Below are positions 63,288-64,000 of a stretch of 64,000 nt of DNA, one piece after another (positions within the stretch are counted from its first letter, which is position 1; each line of letters opens with the position of its first letter). Source of the stretch: Heterodontus francisci (taxonomy: Eukaryota); assembly GCF_036365525.1 (NCBI RefSeq), contig NC_090399.1, positions 42,502,430-42,566,429 on the forward strand. Reading direction: 5' to 3'. Below the pieces are notes generated by a model that saw nothing but the letters and a program-made list of their open reading frames with translations, made no database searches and was not told the DNA's origin. The translations under genes and the position numbers were made by a program.

Positions 63288-64000
63288 CACCTGATGCCAA
63301 GGATTCTCCGGAGGCAGCGAAGATGGAATGAATTGAGACGTCGCTCTTGGCTGACATACGTTGTCCAGGCCTCGCCGCCGTAGAGCAAGTACTGAGGACA
63401 CAGGCTTGATACACGCGGACTTTTGTGTTCTGTGTCCGTGTGCCATTTTCCCACACTCTCTCTTGGCCAGTCTGGACATAGCAGTGGAAGCCTGTCCCAT
63501 GCGCTTGTGGCAGGACCGTATCTCCAACACAGAAGTCCTAGAGGCAGCCAACATCCCCAGCTTATAGACCCTACTGAGCCAGCGGCGCTTGAGATGGCTT
63601 GGCCATGTGAGCCGTGTGGAAGATGGCAGGATCCCCAAGGACACATTGTACAGCGAGCTCGCCACTGGTATCAGACCCACCGGCCGTCCATGTCTCCGCT
63701 TTAAAGACGTCTGCAAACGCGACATGAAGTCCTGTGACATTGATCACAATTCGTGGGAGTCAGTTGCCAGTGATCGCCAGAGCTGACGGGCAGCCATAAA
63801 GGCGGGGCTAAAGTGTGGCGAGTCGAAGAGACTTAGCAGTTGGCAGGAAAAAAGACAGAAGCGCAACGGGAGAGCCAACTGCGAAACAGTCCTGACAACC
63901 AATTTTATCTGCAGCACCTGTGGAAGAGCCTGTCACTCTAGAATTGGCCTTTATAGCCACTCCAGGCACTGCTCCACAAACCACTGACCACCTCCAGGTG
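63288..64000. mobile_element. RTE LINE 3' end with an inverted 5' segment (minus 63288-63507, plus 63508 to window end)
   Basis: The minus part encodes KRMGQAS..LRRILGIRW. The plus part begins WQDRISNTEV and runs to ..CSTNH*. Confidence 0.9.

Overview
Eukaryotic, repeat-dense vertebrate DNA, almost certainly from a cartilaginous fish (inferred from HE1/V-SINE-type SINEs, CR1 LINEs, Penelope-like elements and a DeuSINE-like repeat). It opens with a ~9.8 kb satellite. Nested LINEs (CR1, RTE including one intact 1063-aa ORF), Penelope fragments with hammerhead-ribozyme motifs, several minisatellites and solo LTRs follow. A decayed retrovirus-like provirus (RT-tether-RNaseH-IN-env-LTR, lokiretrovirus-like) and a multi-exon TRIM pseudogene are also present. 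The standout is a minus-strand Gypsy-type LTR element (~36666-39520) in which gag-zinc knuckle-protease is followed, instead of RT/RNaseH/IN, by a captured Myc C-terminal region (Myc box IV plus bHLH-leucine zipper), then PPT and 3' LTR. This mirrors the gag-myc layout of defective transforming retroviruses. The bHLH is not visible in the ORF track because of stops and frameshifts. All calls come from manual reading and translation; no database searches were run.
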